Source: Polyangiaceae bacterium
GTDB taxonomy: Bacteria; Myxococcota_A; Polyangia; Polyangiales; Polyangiaceae
Length of the DNA: 64,000 bases
Reading direction: 5' to 3'
Assembly (NCBI GenBank): GCA_050287085.1
Contig: JBNKBE010000001.1
Span: 32,001-96,000, forward strand
Below the pieces are notes generated by a model, which worked only from the letters and a program-made list of their open reading frames with translations, made no database searches and had not been told where the DNA came from. Below, piece by piece: positions 1 to 8,953 of the stretch (position 1 is its first letter; each line of letters starts with the position of its first letter). Position numbers and translations under genes: made by a program.

Positions 1-1015
1 AGAGGAGCCAACCGGGGCGCCCCTTCTTGCCCGTAATTGGCTCCGCCCAGGCGTCTAGCGCGCCTCCTTGCAGCAACTGCTCGATGACGTGAGCCACCAC
101 TTCGCCCGTCATATCATCGACGTTACATTGCACCAACACCAGCGCTTCGCTCCCGGACTCTGCTACGGACTCCCCCAACACCAAGCGCAGGAGATTGGGC
201 CGCGTTGACAGCACCCGCGAGCCCGCGCCATAGCCCACAACCTGCGGCGCCATTTCCGGCCAGGACGCAAAGCGAGTCGCCACCGTGGCAACGATCGCAG
301 CGCCCGTGGGTGTCACCGTCTCCCCGCGCACCGAGCTCCCATAGGTCGGCACGCCCCGTAGCGCCAGCAACGTGGCAGGTGCGGGCAAGGGAAGAGTGCC
401 GTGCTGGCACTCGACGACCCCGTTCCCAATGGGCAGCGGAGCGCATACGACTTGACTCCCCAGGTAGAGCAGTCCGTGGGCGACTAGGACCACGTCGAGG
501 ATCGAATCAACAGCGCCGACCTCATGAAAATGCACGCGTTCGACGTCGACTCGATGCACCTGCGCTTCCGCCTCGGCCAACCGTCGAAAGATCTGCTGGG
601 CAAGCCCTCGCGTGTCTCGCGGTAGCGGACTCATCTCGATCAGACGACGAATCGCAGCGTAGTCGCGCGGGGGCTGAGCCGACTCGGCAATGGCGAAACG
701 CGCCGCCCCGATTGCACCGGCCATGCCGCGCTGGAACTCGATGGCCACACCCGACAAGGCCAGCGCCTGCACCGCCGCTTCGAAGGTCTGACGCGGCACT
801 CCGAGATCGTAGAGAGCCGCCACGAGCATGTCGCCGGCTACCCCGGTCGGCGCATCGATGAATAAGGTGCCTCCCCGCCCGGGCTCCAGAACTAGGGGTT
901 CGCACGTTGCGGGGACGTGAATGAAGCCATAGTCCCTAGCCTTTGACGATGATGCGCTGCTGGCCCCCGCATCGTCGCGCTGATGACGACGCGCAGCGCG
1001 ACTACGAGGCAGCAT
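1..1015 (-). CDS. larC: Nickel pincer cofactor biosynthesis protein LarC (3' end runs off the window)
   Basis: Not in the ORF track because it has no stop in the window. Manual translation gives LFIDAPTGVAGDMLVAALYDLG and AEAEAQVHRVDVERVHFHEVGAVDSILDVV, the LarC signatures. In-frame ATG at 1015 overlaps the larB end; exact start uncertain. Confidence 0.9.
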   Translation of the reverse strand, partial: MLPRSRAARRHQRDDAGASSASSSKARDYGFIHVPATCEPLVLEPGRGGTLFIDAPTGVAGDMLVAALYDLGVPRQTFEAAVQALALSGVAIEFQRGMAGAIGAARFAIAESAQPPRDYAAIRRLIEMSPLPRDTRGLAQQIFRRLAEAEAQVHRVDVERVHFHEVGAVDSILDVVLVAHGLLYLGSQVVCAPLPIGNGVVECQHGTLPLPAPATLLALRGVPTYGSSVRGETVTPTGAAIVATVATRFASWPEMAPQVVGYGAGSRVLSTRPNLLRLVLGESVAESGSEALVLVQCNVDDMTGEVVAHVIEQLLQGGALDAWAEPITGKKGRPGWLL

Positions 1016-1778
1016 GGGTGTCCTCTCTTCGGCCGCAACCCAGAATGCGCAGGGCTGCCATCGCAGCGCCATACCCGTTGTCGATGTTCACACACGTCAA
1101 GCCGGCTGCACATGACGTAAGCATCCCCGCAAGTGCGGCAAAACCGCCGCTCCCGACTCCATACCCGACGGACGTTGGCACGGCGATAACGGGCGCAGCC
1201 ACCAGTCCGCCGATAACGCTCGCCAGCGCACCCTCCATCCCCGCCACGACAATGATGATCCGAGCACGACGCAAACGCTCTAGCTCCGCCAGCAGACGGT
1301 GCAGCCCAGCTACGCCGCAGTCGACTACAACCTCGGCGGCCACACCTGCGACGGCAAGAGTACAGCGGGCTTCCTCGACGACGGGCTGATCGGACGTACC
1401 CGCGCTGACGATCAATACCGAGACCTCCGCCGACTCTGGAAGCGGCTTGGCAATCATACCCACCCGAGCCACGGGTTGGTATTCGATGGGCAGCCCAAGT
1501 TGTTGCACCGCACTGGCCTTGTCGGGTGACAGTCGCGTGATCAGCAGCGGCTGTCCGCGCGCAGCCACCGACTCGCCGATAGCCTTGATCTGTTCCGGTG
1601 TCTTTCCTTGACCAAAGACGACCTCCGGCATGCCCTGTCTCAGTTCGCGATGATGATCGACACGCGCAAACCCTAGATCATCAAAGGGCAAGCGAACGAG
1701 GGCCTCCTCGGCCTCCTCGAGAGATACAGCACCACGCCTCACGCGGAGCAACAGCTCACGCACCTGCTCAGGGCTCAT
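1002..1778 (-). CDS. larB: Nickel pincer cofactor biosynthesis protein LarB (PurE/AIR carboxylase-like)
   Basis: Motifs ARVDHHRELRQGMPEVVFGQGKT, SAGTSD, VVAGMEGALASVIGGL, PTSVGYG, VNIDNGYGAA; start taken at MSPEQ. Confidence 0.93.
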   Translation of the reverse strand: MSPEQVRELLLRVRRGAVSLEEAEEALVRLPFDDLGFARVDHHRELRQGMPEVVFGQGKTPEQIKAIGESVAARGQPLLITRLSPDKASAVQQLGLPIEYQPVARVGMIAKPLPESAEVSVLIVSAGTSDQPVVEEARCTLAVAGVAAEVVVDCGVAGLHRLLAELERLRRARIIIVVAGMEGALASVIGGLVAAPVIAVPTSVGYGVGSGGFAALAGMLTSCAAGLTCVNIDNGYGAAMAALRILGCGRREDTHAAS

Positions 1779-1943
1779 GGCCCTCGCTCTAGCCTGCGCG
1801 CGCCCGGAGAGCAACTCGAGTCCTGTCGAGGCCCGCACTCCGAAGGTAGAGCCCACCCCACCCGGGCCCAGCCGGCCTCCGCCCCGAGTTCGCTGTAGTC
1901 GCGGGCCTTGGCAGCCGCCGCTAATCGTGCTCATCTTTCCGCC

Positions 1944-2522
1944 ATGCCGCTCGCGTCACTACCTCTGATCGGTTTCGCGATCGGTGCCATGATGACCCTC
2001 GCGGCGACCCGAGGCGGCCGCGAGCGCGGGGCCGACATGGACGCACCATTCCGACTGGTTCTGCTGCTCAGTCTTCTGGTCCACACCCCCGCGGCGACCT
2101 GCCTGCTCGTCTACCACACCGACTGGTGCTTATCTTTTGCGTTTCCCAGCGACGACCTGCCTCGTCTCGCCATTCCGCTGGCGATGTTTGCCAACCTGAT
2201 CTCGCTCCCCCTTGGCTTCCTCGCCGCTGAGCGCTCGGCTCGCTCGGGCGGCACTCAGGGGGTCCTTGTGCGCGCGGGCATCGCCCTGGGTGCGGTGACT
2301 TTGCTCAGCGCGCTGTTTTGGACCGAGCTGGGGACAGACGCGAGCTACACGCAATTTCACAACGGATTCGGGACCCAGAACCTCTCTGGGAGCGTCCTCG
2401 GCTACACGCTGATTTGGATGGTCGTGATGCTGCTCGCAGGAACGCTCTACACTCACCACTCGATTCGCGCGTGCACCCTGCCTCCATACAACCGCGCCTC
2501 CCCGCCAAACGTTACCCCCTAA
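1944..2522 (+). CDS. Hypothetical integral membrane protein
   Basis: About five hydrophobic segments; ends 13 bp before pmbA on the same strand. Confidence 0.7.
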   Translation: MPLASLPLIGFAIGAMMTLAATRGGRERGADMDAPFRLVLLLSLLVHTPAATCLLVYHTDWCLSFAFPSDDLPRLAIPLAMFANLISLPLGFLAAERSARSGGTQGVLVRAGIALGAVTLLSALFWTELGTDASYTQFHNGFGTQNLSGSVLGYTLIWMVVMLLAGTLYTHHSIRACTLPPYNRASPPNVTP

Positions 2523-2535
2523 GCGAAGCGAAGAA

Positions 2536-3897
2536 ATGACGGATACAGACCTCAAAGCATTGTCCCACCTCGCTGGCCGTTTGGTCGAGCAGTCTCTTTC
2601 TAGGGGCGTTTCTGTGGCCGAGGCTTCCGCACGCCAAGGGTGGGAGTTGAGCACGCGTGTCCGTCTTGGCAAGGTGGAGCTCCTATCGGAAGCGGGACAT
2701 AGCTCGGTGTCCCTCCGCGTCATGCGCGAGGGCCGCGTGGCGACGACCGCTACCAGCGACACGTCCGAAGCCGGCCTCAATCGAGCGGTCGAAGACGTCC
2801 TCGAACTGCTCGAAGTCACGGAACCGGACGCCTTCGCTGGACCCGCCGACGAACCCCCGGCGAAGTTCGAGCCGGACTCCTTGGAGCTCTTTGACCCCTC
2901 GCTCGATCAACTCGATGCGGCTCGCGCCGTCGAACTCGCTCAAGAACTGGAGCGCGCAGCACTCGACTCCGATCCACGCCTGAGCCTGAGTGAAGGAGCG
3001 AGTGTCGCACGGGTAACGGGCGCGTCGGCGCTGGTTCTGTCGACCGGATTTAGCTCGACTCAACGGGGGTCCTACGTCTCCCTGAGCGCCGCACCGGTTG
3101 CGGTCGACGAAAAGGGCAAGCGTCATCGTGGTTCCTACTACAGCGCCCGACGTCACTATGAGGACCTGGCCACGCCCGCCGCAGTGGGCGCGGAAGCTGC
3201 GCGGCGCGCGCTGCGTCAGCTCGGGACGCGCAAGACCCAATCGACGCAGGTTCCGGTCATCTTCGAATACGGTGTGGCTCGCTCTCTCTTGGGCGCCCTT
3301 GCCGGCGGCATTTCAGGTGGAGCGCTGTGGCGCAAGAGCAGCTACCTGCTCGATCGTCTCAACACCCAGGTCGCGAGCCCACACGTCACGCTCCGTGACG
3401 ATCCGCTGCAGCGCCGTGGACCCAGCTCTCGCGCGTTCGACGGCGAAGGACTCGCCAGCCGACAGCAGACAGTGGTCGAGAACGGCGTGCTCAAGACGTA
3501 CCTACTCGATAGCTACAGCGGTCGCAAACTGGGCATGCCCTCTACCCACAGCGCAAGTCGAACCGGCGCAAGCGTAAGCGCAGGCGCGACCAACTTGATC
3601 TTGACTCCGGGCACCATGACGCTCGACGAGCTGATCCGCGACACACACCGCGGGCTCTTGGTGACGGATCTCATGGGCTTTGGCTACAACGCCATCACCG
3701 GTGACTTCTCGCGTGGCGCCACAGGCCTCTGGATCGAAAACGGGGAGCTGGCTTACCCCGTGAGTGAACTCACACTGTCCGGCAATCTGGACGATATGCT
3801 AAAATCGATCGATGCCATTGCCAATGACGTCCACGACGAGTCCTCGATTCAAACGCCGTCATTTCGCATTGCCCGCATGACCGTCGGTGGTGAATAG
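2536..3897 (+). CDS. pmbA: TldD/PmbA family protein (PmbA/TldE type)
   Basis: 453 aa with FDGEG, VENGVLKTYLLD, TGDFSRGATGLWIENGE and PVSELTLSGNL; no HExxH, consistent with the PmbA subunit. Confidence 0.9.
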   Translation: MTDTDLKALSHLAGRLVEQSLSRGVSVAEASARQGWELSTRVRLGKVELLSEAGHSSVSLRVMREGRVATTATSDTSEAGLNRAVEDVLELLEVTEPDAFAGPADEPPAKFEPDSLELFDPSLDQLDAARAVELAQELERAALDSDPRLSLSEGASVARVTGASALVLSTGFSSTQRGSYVSLSAAPVAVDEKGKRHRGSYYSARRHYEDLATPAAVGAEAARRALRQLGTRKTQSTQVPVIFEYGVARSLLGALAGGISGGALWRKSSYLLDRLNTQVASPHVTLRDDPLQRRGPSSRAFDGEGLASRQQTVVENGVLKTYLLDSYSGRKLGMPSTHSASRTGASVSAGATNLILTPGTMTLDELIRDTHRGLLVTDLMGFGYNAITGDFSRGATGLWIENGELAYPVSELTLSGNLDDMLKSIDAIANDVHDESSIQTPSFRIARMTVGGE

Positions 3898-3906
3898 CAC
3901 CAAAGA

Positions 3907-4482
3907 CTACTGAGCCGAGAGCACAGCTTGAAGCGAATCCCTGTCGTTGGCGACACGCTCTGCGCCACGGGGCAAACGTCCACTGCCACCGACTACGACG
4001 ACCCGCGACTTGGGCAGCTCCGAGGCAAGCGCACGACAGACTTCCGCCACAGGCAGTGCTCCAAGACGGTCTTCGGAAATCACAACAAGCTCCGGAGCCC
4101 GCCTGCCGGCAGCAATGAGCAACGTTGCGACATCGCCGACTGCGGCATTTGACGCCCCGGCGGTGCCTCGTAGCCAGCGCTGCTGCGACGCCGTCAACAG
4201 CAACACAGCTGTAGGTCCGGCCGAAAGCGAGCGCTCTTCCATACCGCACGTCTCCAGAAACGTGACGACCGCTTGCGGCTCAAAGCGGAGATGCCGTCCG
4301 GGGGTTCTGAAATGTTGGATCAATCCCTCGGTCACCCAATTGTGGACTGTCTTCTGTTCGACCCCACACAACTCTGCCACAGCGCGAGCTGTGAGCGGTC
4401 GTGCACCATCCGTCTTGCCTGCTGCCTCTTTGAGGCGGCGCAGTGCGGCAGAGCTCGTCGATGACTTACTTTGTTCGTTCAC
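3907..4482 (-). CDS. Excisionase/MerR-like HTH protein with degenerate receiver-like C-terminal domain
   Basis: LTARAVAELCGVEQKTVHNWVTEGLIQHFRTPGRHLRF matches the HTH_17 pattern (TPGGHRRF); C-terminal half has a REC-like pattern (PELVVIS). Confidence 0.75.
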   Translation of the reverse strand: MNEQSKSSTSSAALRRLKEAAGKTDGARPLTARAVAELCGVEQKTVHNWVTEGLIQHFRTPGRHLRFEPQAVVTFLETCGMEERSLSAGPTAVLLLTASQQRWLRGTAGASNAAVGDVATLLIAAGRRAPELVVISEDRLGALPVAEVCRALASELPKSRVVVVGGSGRLPRGAERVANDRDSLQAVLSAQ

Positions 4483-4551
4483 TTTGGAATCTCGATATTC
4501 GTATTGTAGAGGCCATCATGGTGAAGCCATAGCGTTCACCTTGACGTGAGT

Positions 4552-4572
4552 TATGCTGCATCAAGCAGCATA
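4552..4572. promoter_or_regulatory. Perfect 8-bp inverted repeat (operator or terminator)
   Basis: TATGCTGC-ATCAA-GCAGCATA between the LTD gene stop and the HTH gene start; a second IR, GGTGAA..TTCACC, lies at 4520-4540. Confidence 0.4.
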
Positions 4573-4590
4573 GAGACCATGTCGCAGGCG

Positions 4591-5982
4591 CTAGCGACCT
4601 TGATTTGGGCCTGCCGGGGACGCACCGGGCGCTGCGTGATAGACGAATCCATTTGGATCCGTGTCCGGCGTTTCGGGGGAACGCCTAGCAACGCTCACGC
4701 CGGACAGTGCTTTGATGGGAGGGAAAGCCGACCACACAGTGCCGGTTTCGTCCGAGAGCTTTAGCCGTTCGCCGGAGTTAGACAACCCTGTTCCACCTAG
4801 ACGCGGGACGGTCATCAGGTGCTTGTTCTCATCCGGTACAAGGCGAGGCTCGAGGTGAACCGAGAAGTCCTCAGGAGCGATCACGACATACTCTCCCGGA
4901 TCCAGAACACGACTGGAAAGCTCCACATCGGCGACTTCGTCGCCGAGCCGCCAGCCGCCGAGATCTACCGCTGACGAACCGTCATTATAAAGCTCGACCC
5001 ATTCTTGCTGCGGCTCGGGCCCAAGGGGGTTTGCAAGAACCTCGTTGATTATGACATGCGGCCGTCTGTCGCCCGTCACGACAGTGGGTTCCGCTGCGCG
5101 CACCTGGCCGTCGCCCGTGTAGGCCTGTACCGAGAGCTGCAGCTGCTCGCGCGGCGCTAGACCGCGCAACACCCAAACGGCCCCTTGCTGAAGCTCAAAC
5201 GCCCCACGCATTCGACCGGCGAGCGTCCAGAAGGCGTCAGACTGGACGAGCGCCCAGAGGCGATCGTCCTCGACATGAACACACTCGTCCAAGAGCATAG
5301 ACTCCCCGGCGCCACAAGTGCGCGCAGGCGACGTGAGCGCCGACTCGGCCACCCCAGACAGCTTGGTCGGTTCGATCCAACGCTCCTGAAAGACTCTGGG
5401 CAGTCGCACTGTGGCGCCAGGTCTCGCCGAGAACCCAAGACAGCTCGATTCACCAGGGACGACAAAACACTCCAACGCACCATCGCAGAGCGATTTCCAA
5501 TCTACGCCTGAAGCACAGAACACAGCGAAGCGCCCCGGCGCGCCGCGGGGCCAACGGCGACGCAATACGCGTGATTCAGGATGAGCGCCAATCTGAAGAG
5601 GAAACAATCCGTGCCCCGGAACGCTCAATACATAGCTGTCAGGCTCTAGCAGCTGCCCCGCCGCGAGCTGCCCATCGGGCATGGCGACAAGCGGGAGCAA
5701 ACGGGCTTCCAGGTTACGCGAGAGGCTCTCGTTGTCGATACGGCTTCGTTCGTAGGCCGACAGGTCCCCCCTCACGAGCCGCACCGGGCCGAACACGTCG
5801 CTTTGCGGGGGTGAGAACTCCACCACGGGGGGCACCTCGCAGGGAACTTCGGGTGTGCATGCCACCCCGCTCACCAAGATGCTCAGCGCGGGCACTTCGG
5901 CGGTACGCCCCGCTTCGCGCAAGTCGTCGGCGCAAGCGCCGAAAGCCAGACACAAACAACCGACCAGCCAAGACCGCTCCAT
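4591..5982 (-). CDS. Lipoprotein with C-terminal lamin tail domain (LTD)
   Basis: Lipobox (CLAFGAC); LTD motif VIINEVLANP..EWVELYNDGSSAVDLGGWRL..LSNSGERLKL. Confidence 0.8.
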   Translation of the reverse strand: MERSWLVGCLCLAFGACADDLREAGRTAEVPALSILVSGVACTPEVPCEVPPVVEFSPPQSDVFGPVRLVRGDLSAYERSRIDNESLSRNLEARLLPLVAMPDGQLAAGQLLEPDSYVLSVPGHGLFPLQIGAHPESRVLRRRWPRGAPGRFAVFCASGVDWKSLCDGALECFVVPGESSCLGFSARPGATVRLPRVFQERWIEPTKLSGVAESALTSPARTCGAGESMLLDECVHVEDDRLWALVQSDAFWTLAGRMRGAFELQQGAVWVLRGLAPREQLQLSVQAYTGDGQVRAAEPTVVTGDRRPHVIINEVLANPLGPEPQQEWVELYNDGSSAVDLGGWRLGDEVADVELSSRVLDPGEYVVIAPEDFSVHLEPRLVPDENKHLMTVPRLGGTGLSNSGERLKLSDETGTVWSAFPPIKALSGVSVARRSPETPDTDPNGFVYHAAPGASPAGPNQGR

Positions 5983-6132
5983 TCAGGCGATTCGATCTCC
6001 GACGAGTCGAGTTGCTGAAAACGACAGTCTCCGTCACCACAGCCGCCGCGGCGGTCTTTGGGGCTCCGGGGGGCGAGGCGAGCTGCTCGCTTTCCTTTGC
6101 AACGTCCCCGCGCCTCGCGCTAGCGTCTCCGA

Positions 6133-6354
6133 GTGGACGCACAGGCGCTTGTTGAACTGCGACGCACGCTGAACTGGTCAACCCTCCAGCTTGCCCGTGC
6201 TTTATCCGTCGCGCAGCGCCTGGTTCTCCAATGGGAAGCGGGCGAGCGCTTCACCACCAAACGCCATCACCAAGGCCTCTGTGCGCTGCGCGACGCGCAC
6301 GACAAGTCGACCCCCGCGGCCTCCCCAAGGGCAAGTGCTTCCGGCGAGGACTAG
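6133..6354 (+). CDS. Small XRE-family helix-turn-helix protein
   Basis: LVELRRTLNWSTLQLARALSVAQRLVLQWEAGER fits the HTH_3 pattern; TAGCGT hexamer 6 nt before the GTG. Confidence 0.7.
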   Translation: MDAQALVELRRTLNWSTLQLARALSVAQRLVLQWEAGERFTTKRHHQGLCALRDAHDKSTPAASPRASASGED

Positions 6355-6475
6355 CCCAGGGACAGCCCAGGGGAGGGGCCGGGCCTGCGGAGGCCGCAAC
6401 GACCTCCGCCCCGCTTGAGCAAAGCCGTGGAGCTCCACGCCGTCTGCTCGTAGCGCTCGACGGCACCGCAACGGC

Positions 6476-8953
6476 TCAGCCTTCTGCCGGGGACGCGAGC
6501 GCATCATCCGGCTCGCCCCCCTCCAGCGTGTCGTCGGTCGCTGTCCCTTCGGTCGCCGTCGCCAGGCCCCCAGCCAGCGGGACTCCGATGGCATCACCAT
6601 CGCTTGCATCCGTCGTCGAGCTCTCCCCCCTCGGAGCGAGTGGTTCGAGCGTTCCGTCCTGAAGATCGTCGCCAAGCCCAACGTCAGATGAAGGAGCGTC
6701 AAAATCCTCAACCGCCACGCTTTCCTGGAAGAGGTCCTCCCGACTGGCGCGCACGTCGCTAGCGCTCTCGTCGTCGGCGCTCTCGTCACTGGCGCTCGCG
6801 TCGTCGGCGCCCGCGTCGGATTCCGGCGGGGTCTCAACGGCGTCGGCGCTCACGTCGCTGGCGCTCACGTCGCTGGCGCTCGCGTCGTCGGCGCCCTCGT
6901 CGGATCCCGGCGGGGCCTCCACTTCGTCGGCGCCCTCGGCGTTGGCGCTCGCGTCGGATCCCGGCGGGGCCTCCACTTCGTCGGCGCTCACGTCGCTGGC
7001 GCTCGCGTCGTCGGCGCCCTCATCGCTGGCGCCCTCGTCTCCCTCCGCAATGGCTTCGCCTCCATCACCTGTTGGCAGCGGCGCACCCACTTCCGCTTCA
7101 AAGGTTTCCCGCGACTCCTTGGTGAGCTCGGTAAACTCCTTGAGCGAGGGAAGCTCTTTCAGCGATTCCAGGCTGAACAATTCGAGAAAGACCTCCGTCG
7201 TACCGTACAAGACGGGGCGCCCGGCTTCATCCTTCTTGCCCAAAACCTTCAGCAGATCTCGTTCCAACAGCCCCTTGATCACTTGCCCGGAATCAACACC
7301 CCGAATGTCATCGACTTCGGGACGCGTGATCGGCTGACGGTAGGCAATAATCGCAAGGGTCTCCAGCTGTGGCCGCGACAGTCGCACGGGACGCATCGCC
7401 AACATGCGCTGAACATACTCCGCATACTCCGGGTTGGAGCGCATCGACCACCCACCAGCGCTCTCGACCAGAATGATGCCGCGCCCAGCATACTCCTGCA
7501 GAAGTTCGTCGAACAGCTCACGAGTTCGCTTCTTATCAAGCCGCGCCGCGCGTCCCAGCTCCCGCAGTGTCAGAGCCTTGTCGGAGGTAAACAACACGGC
7601 CTCAAGCAATCCCTTGAGGAATCGCCGATCCGCGTCTTCGTCACTGCGGCCGCTGTCGTCACCGCCAGCGTCGTCTTCACCACTCGCCTCCTCGTCGCGG
7701 CCAGCGGCGTCTTCGCCACTCGCCTCCTCGTCGCGGCCAGCGTCGTCTTCACCACTCGCCTCCTCGTCGCGGGCAGCGGCGTCTTCACCCTCGTCGCGGC
7801 CAGCGGCGTCTTCGCCACTCGGAGTCGCTTGCGGAGCCGCGTCTTCGTTGGGCCCGGTCGCGTCGTGTCGCGCAGGCTCGGTGGGCGCTTCAGACGCTGA
7901 GACCTCGTCACTCCCTTGCGACGCGTCGGAACTCTTGCCCTTGCGGGCACGCCTTCCCTTCTTTCTAGCTCCTGCTTGGGCTCGCGCGGGTGCGTCCGCT
8001 TGTGCAAGGGACGCAGAGGAGTTCGAGCTGCTCGCATCTGGACCTATCCCCCCCGCGTCGAGTGATTGGGTAGCTTCCGCTTCTGGCGGCTCGCCCCCCG
8101 CGCGGTTACGGGACTTACTTCGCTCGCGACGCGCCGGTTTCTTCTTCCGAGGTGCCGTAGGCACCGCGAACGGGGAGTCCACGAAGCTCAGCTCGGCGTC
8201 TGCCGTCGCCATTTCTGAGGACACGCCTTCACGGGCTGCAACCCTAGAGCGAATAGCGTCCAGCGATACAACCGCTGCAGGCTCCGCTGCAGCCGACGCA
8301 GGTGCGGACTCAATCGTGCGTCGCAAAACCGCGGGCTTACGACGCTGCGGTCCCCCCTTTGCCTCCTTCGGGTTACTCGACCCCGCGGCGCGACGCGTCT
8401 GCGGGGCCCGCTTCTTGGTCGCCCCATTCATGGGGGGCCCGCTCTCCTTCTGGGACGGCGCGTCCACATCCGGCGGCGCGTCCACATCCGGCGGCGCGTC
8501 CACATCCGGCGGCGCGTCCACATCCGGTGGCGCTTCGCCCAGCGCTGGGCCACCGGAACGCGCAGCCCGCCGCATCACCCGCTCAGACGCCTGCGCCCCC
8601 CGCGCCTTCGGCTTTCCACGCCCCGTCTTCGCCTTGACATCAGCGCTGACGGTCGCAGTATCAGGGCCCGTCGCTGCATCGCTGATGACACCGGCACGCT
8701 TGGGTTTCGCTGCGCGCCTTCGAGTCGCGGCGGTGTCCCCCGACGCCTCTGCCTGGGGTTCTACCGCAGTCGCTTGCTTGCCCGCAGTCGCTTGCTTGCC
8801 CGCAGTCGCTTGCTTGCCCGCAGTCGCTTGCTTGCCCGCAGTCGCTTGCTTGCCCGCGACGGCGGGACTCCCGGTCGCACCCCTCGCTGGCTCAGTGCGC
8901 TTAGCCTTCGCCGACCGACTACTCTTCTTCTTGCTCTGAGCCATCTCGTTCAC
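6476..8953 (-). CDS. scpB: SMC-Scp complex subunit ScpB with long disordered N- and C-terminal extensions
   Basis: Core LEAVLFTS..LSRPQLETLAIIAYRQPITRPEVDDIRGVDS..GRPVLYGTTEVFLELFSLESLKELP; overlaps the scpA end. Start may be 8944. Confidence 0.9.
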   Translation of the reverse strand: MNEMAQSKKKSSRSAKAKRTEPARGATGSPAVAGKQATAGKQATAGKQATAGKQATAGKQATAVEPQAEASGDTAATRRRAAKPKRAGVISDAATGPDTATVSADVKAKTGRGKPKARGAQASERVMRRAARSGGPALGEAPPDVDAPPDVDAPPDVDAPPDVDAPSQKESGPPMNGATKKRAPQTRRAAGSSNPKEAKGGPQRRKPAVLRRTIESAPASAAAEPAAVVSLDAIRSRVAAREGVSSEMATADAELSFVDSPFAVPTAPRKKKPARRERSKSRNRAGGEPPEAEATQSLDAGGIGPDASSSNSSASLAQADAPARAQAGARKKGRRARKGKSSDASQGSDEVSASEAPTEPARHDATGPNEDAAPQATPSGEDAAGRDEGEDAAARDEEASGEDDAGRDEEASGEDAAGRDEEASGEDDAGGDDSGRSDEDADRRFLKGLLEAVLFTSDKALTLRELGRAARLDKKRTRELFDELLQEYAGRGIILVESAGGWSMRSNPEYAEYVQRMLAMRPVRLSRPQLETLAIIAYRQPITRPEVDDIRGVDSGQVIKGLLERDLLKVLGKKDEAGRPVLYGTTEVFLELFSLESLKELPSLKEFTELTKESRETFEAEVGAPLPTGDGGEAIAEGDEGASDEGADDASASDVSADEVEAPPGSDASANAEGADEVEAPPGSDEGADDASASDVSASDVSADAVETPPESDAGADDASASDESADDESASDVRASREDLFQESVAVEDFDAPSSDVGLGDDLQDGTLEPLAPRGESSTTDASDGDAIGVPLAGGLATATEGTATDDTLEGGEPDDALASPAEG
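6740..7035. repeat. Imperfect coding repeats (ADDASASDVS, DEVEAPPGSD) in the ScpB acidic tail
   Basis: Repeated GGCGCTCACGTCGCTGGCGCTCGCGTCGTCGGCGCCC and CGGATCCCGGCGGGGCCTCCACTTCGTCGGCGC units. Confidence 0.8.
7665..7820. repeat. 36-bp coding tandem repeat (EEASGED[AD]AGRD) in ScpB
   Basis: About four copies, one of them shortened. Confidence 0.85.
8457..8533. repeat. 18-bp tandem repeat x4 (APPDVD) in ScpB
   Basis: GGCGCGTCCACATCCGGC repeated four times; the last copy has one mismatch. Confidence 0.9.
8764..8857. repeat. 18-bp perfect tandem repeat x5 (ATAGKQ) in ScpB
   Basis: CCGCAGTCGCTTGCTTGC x5. Confidence 0.95.

Noticed and set aside
6098..6115. Sigma54 promoter for the LTD lipoprotein (AGGCGCGGGGACGTTGCA, minus strand)
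   Set aside because: GG-to-GC spacing is 2 nt too long.
3907..6354. Prophage or integrative element suggested by excisionase-like and XRE HTH genes
   Set aside because: No integrase, att repeats, phage genes or obvious compositional shift.
8457..8857. Tandem repeats as CRISPR or iterons
   Set aside because: Units are multiples of 3, have no spacers, and lie in frame within scpB.
7434..8939. 501-aa plus-strand ORF, and similar long shadow ORFs (21838-22998, 9249-10259, 39642-40595)
   Set aside because: Antisense to well-supported genes in GC-rich, low-complexity DNA; no recognisable motifs.
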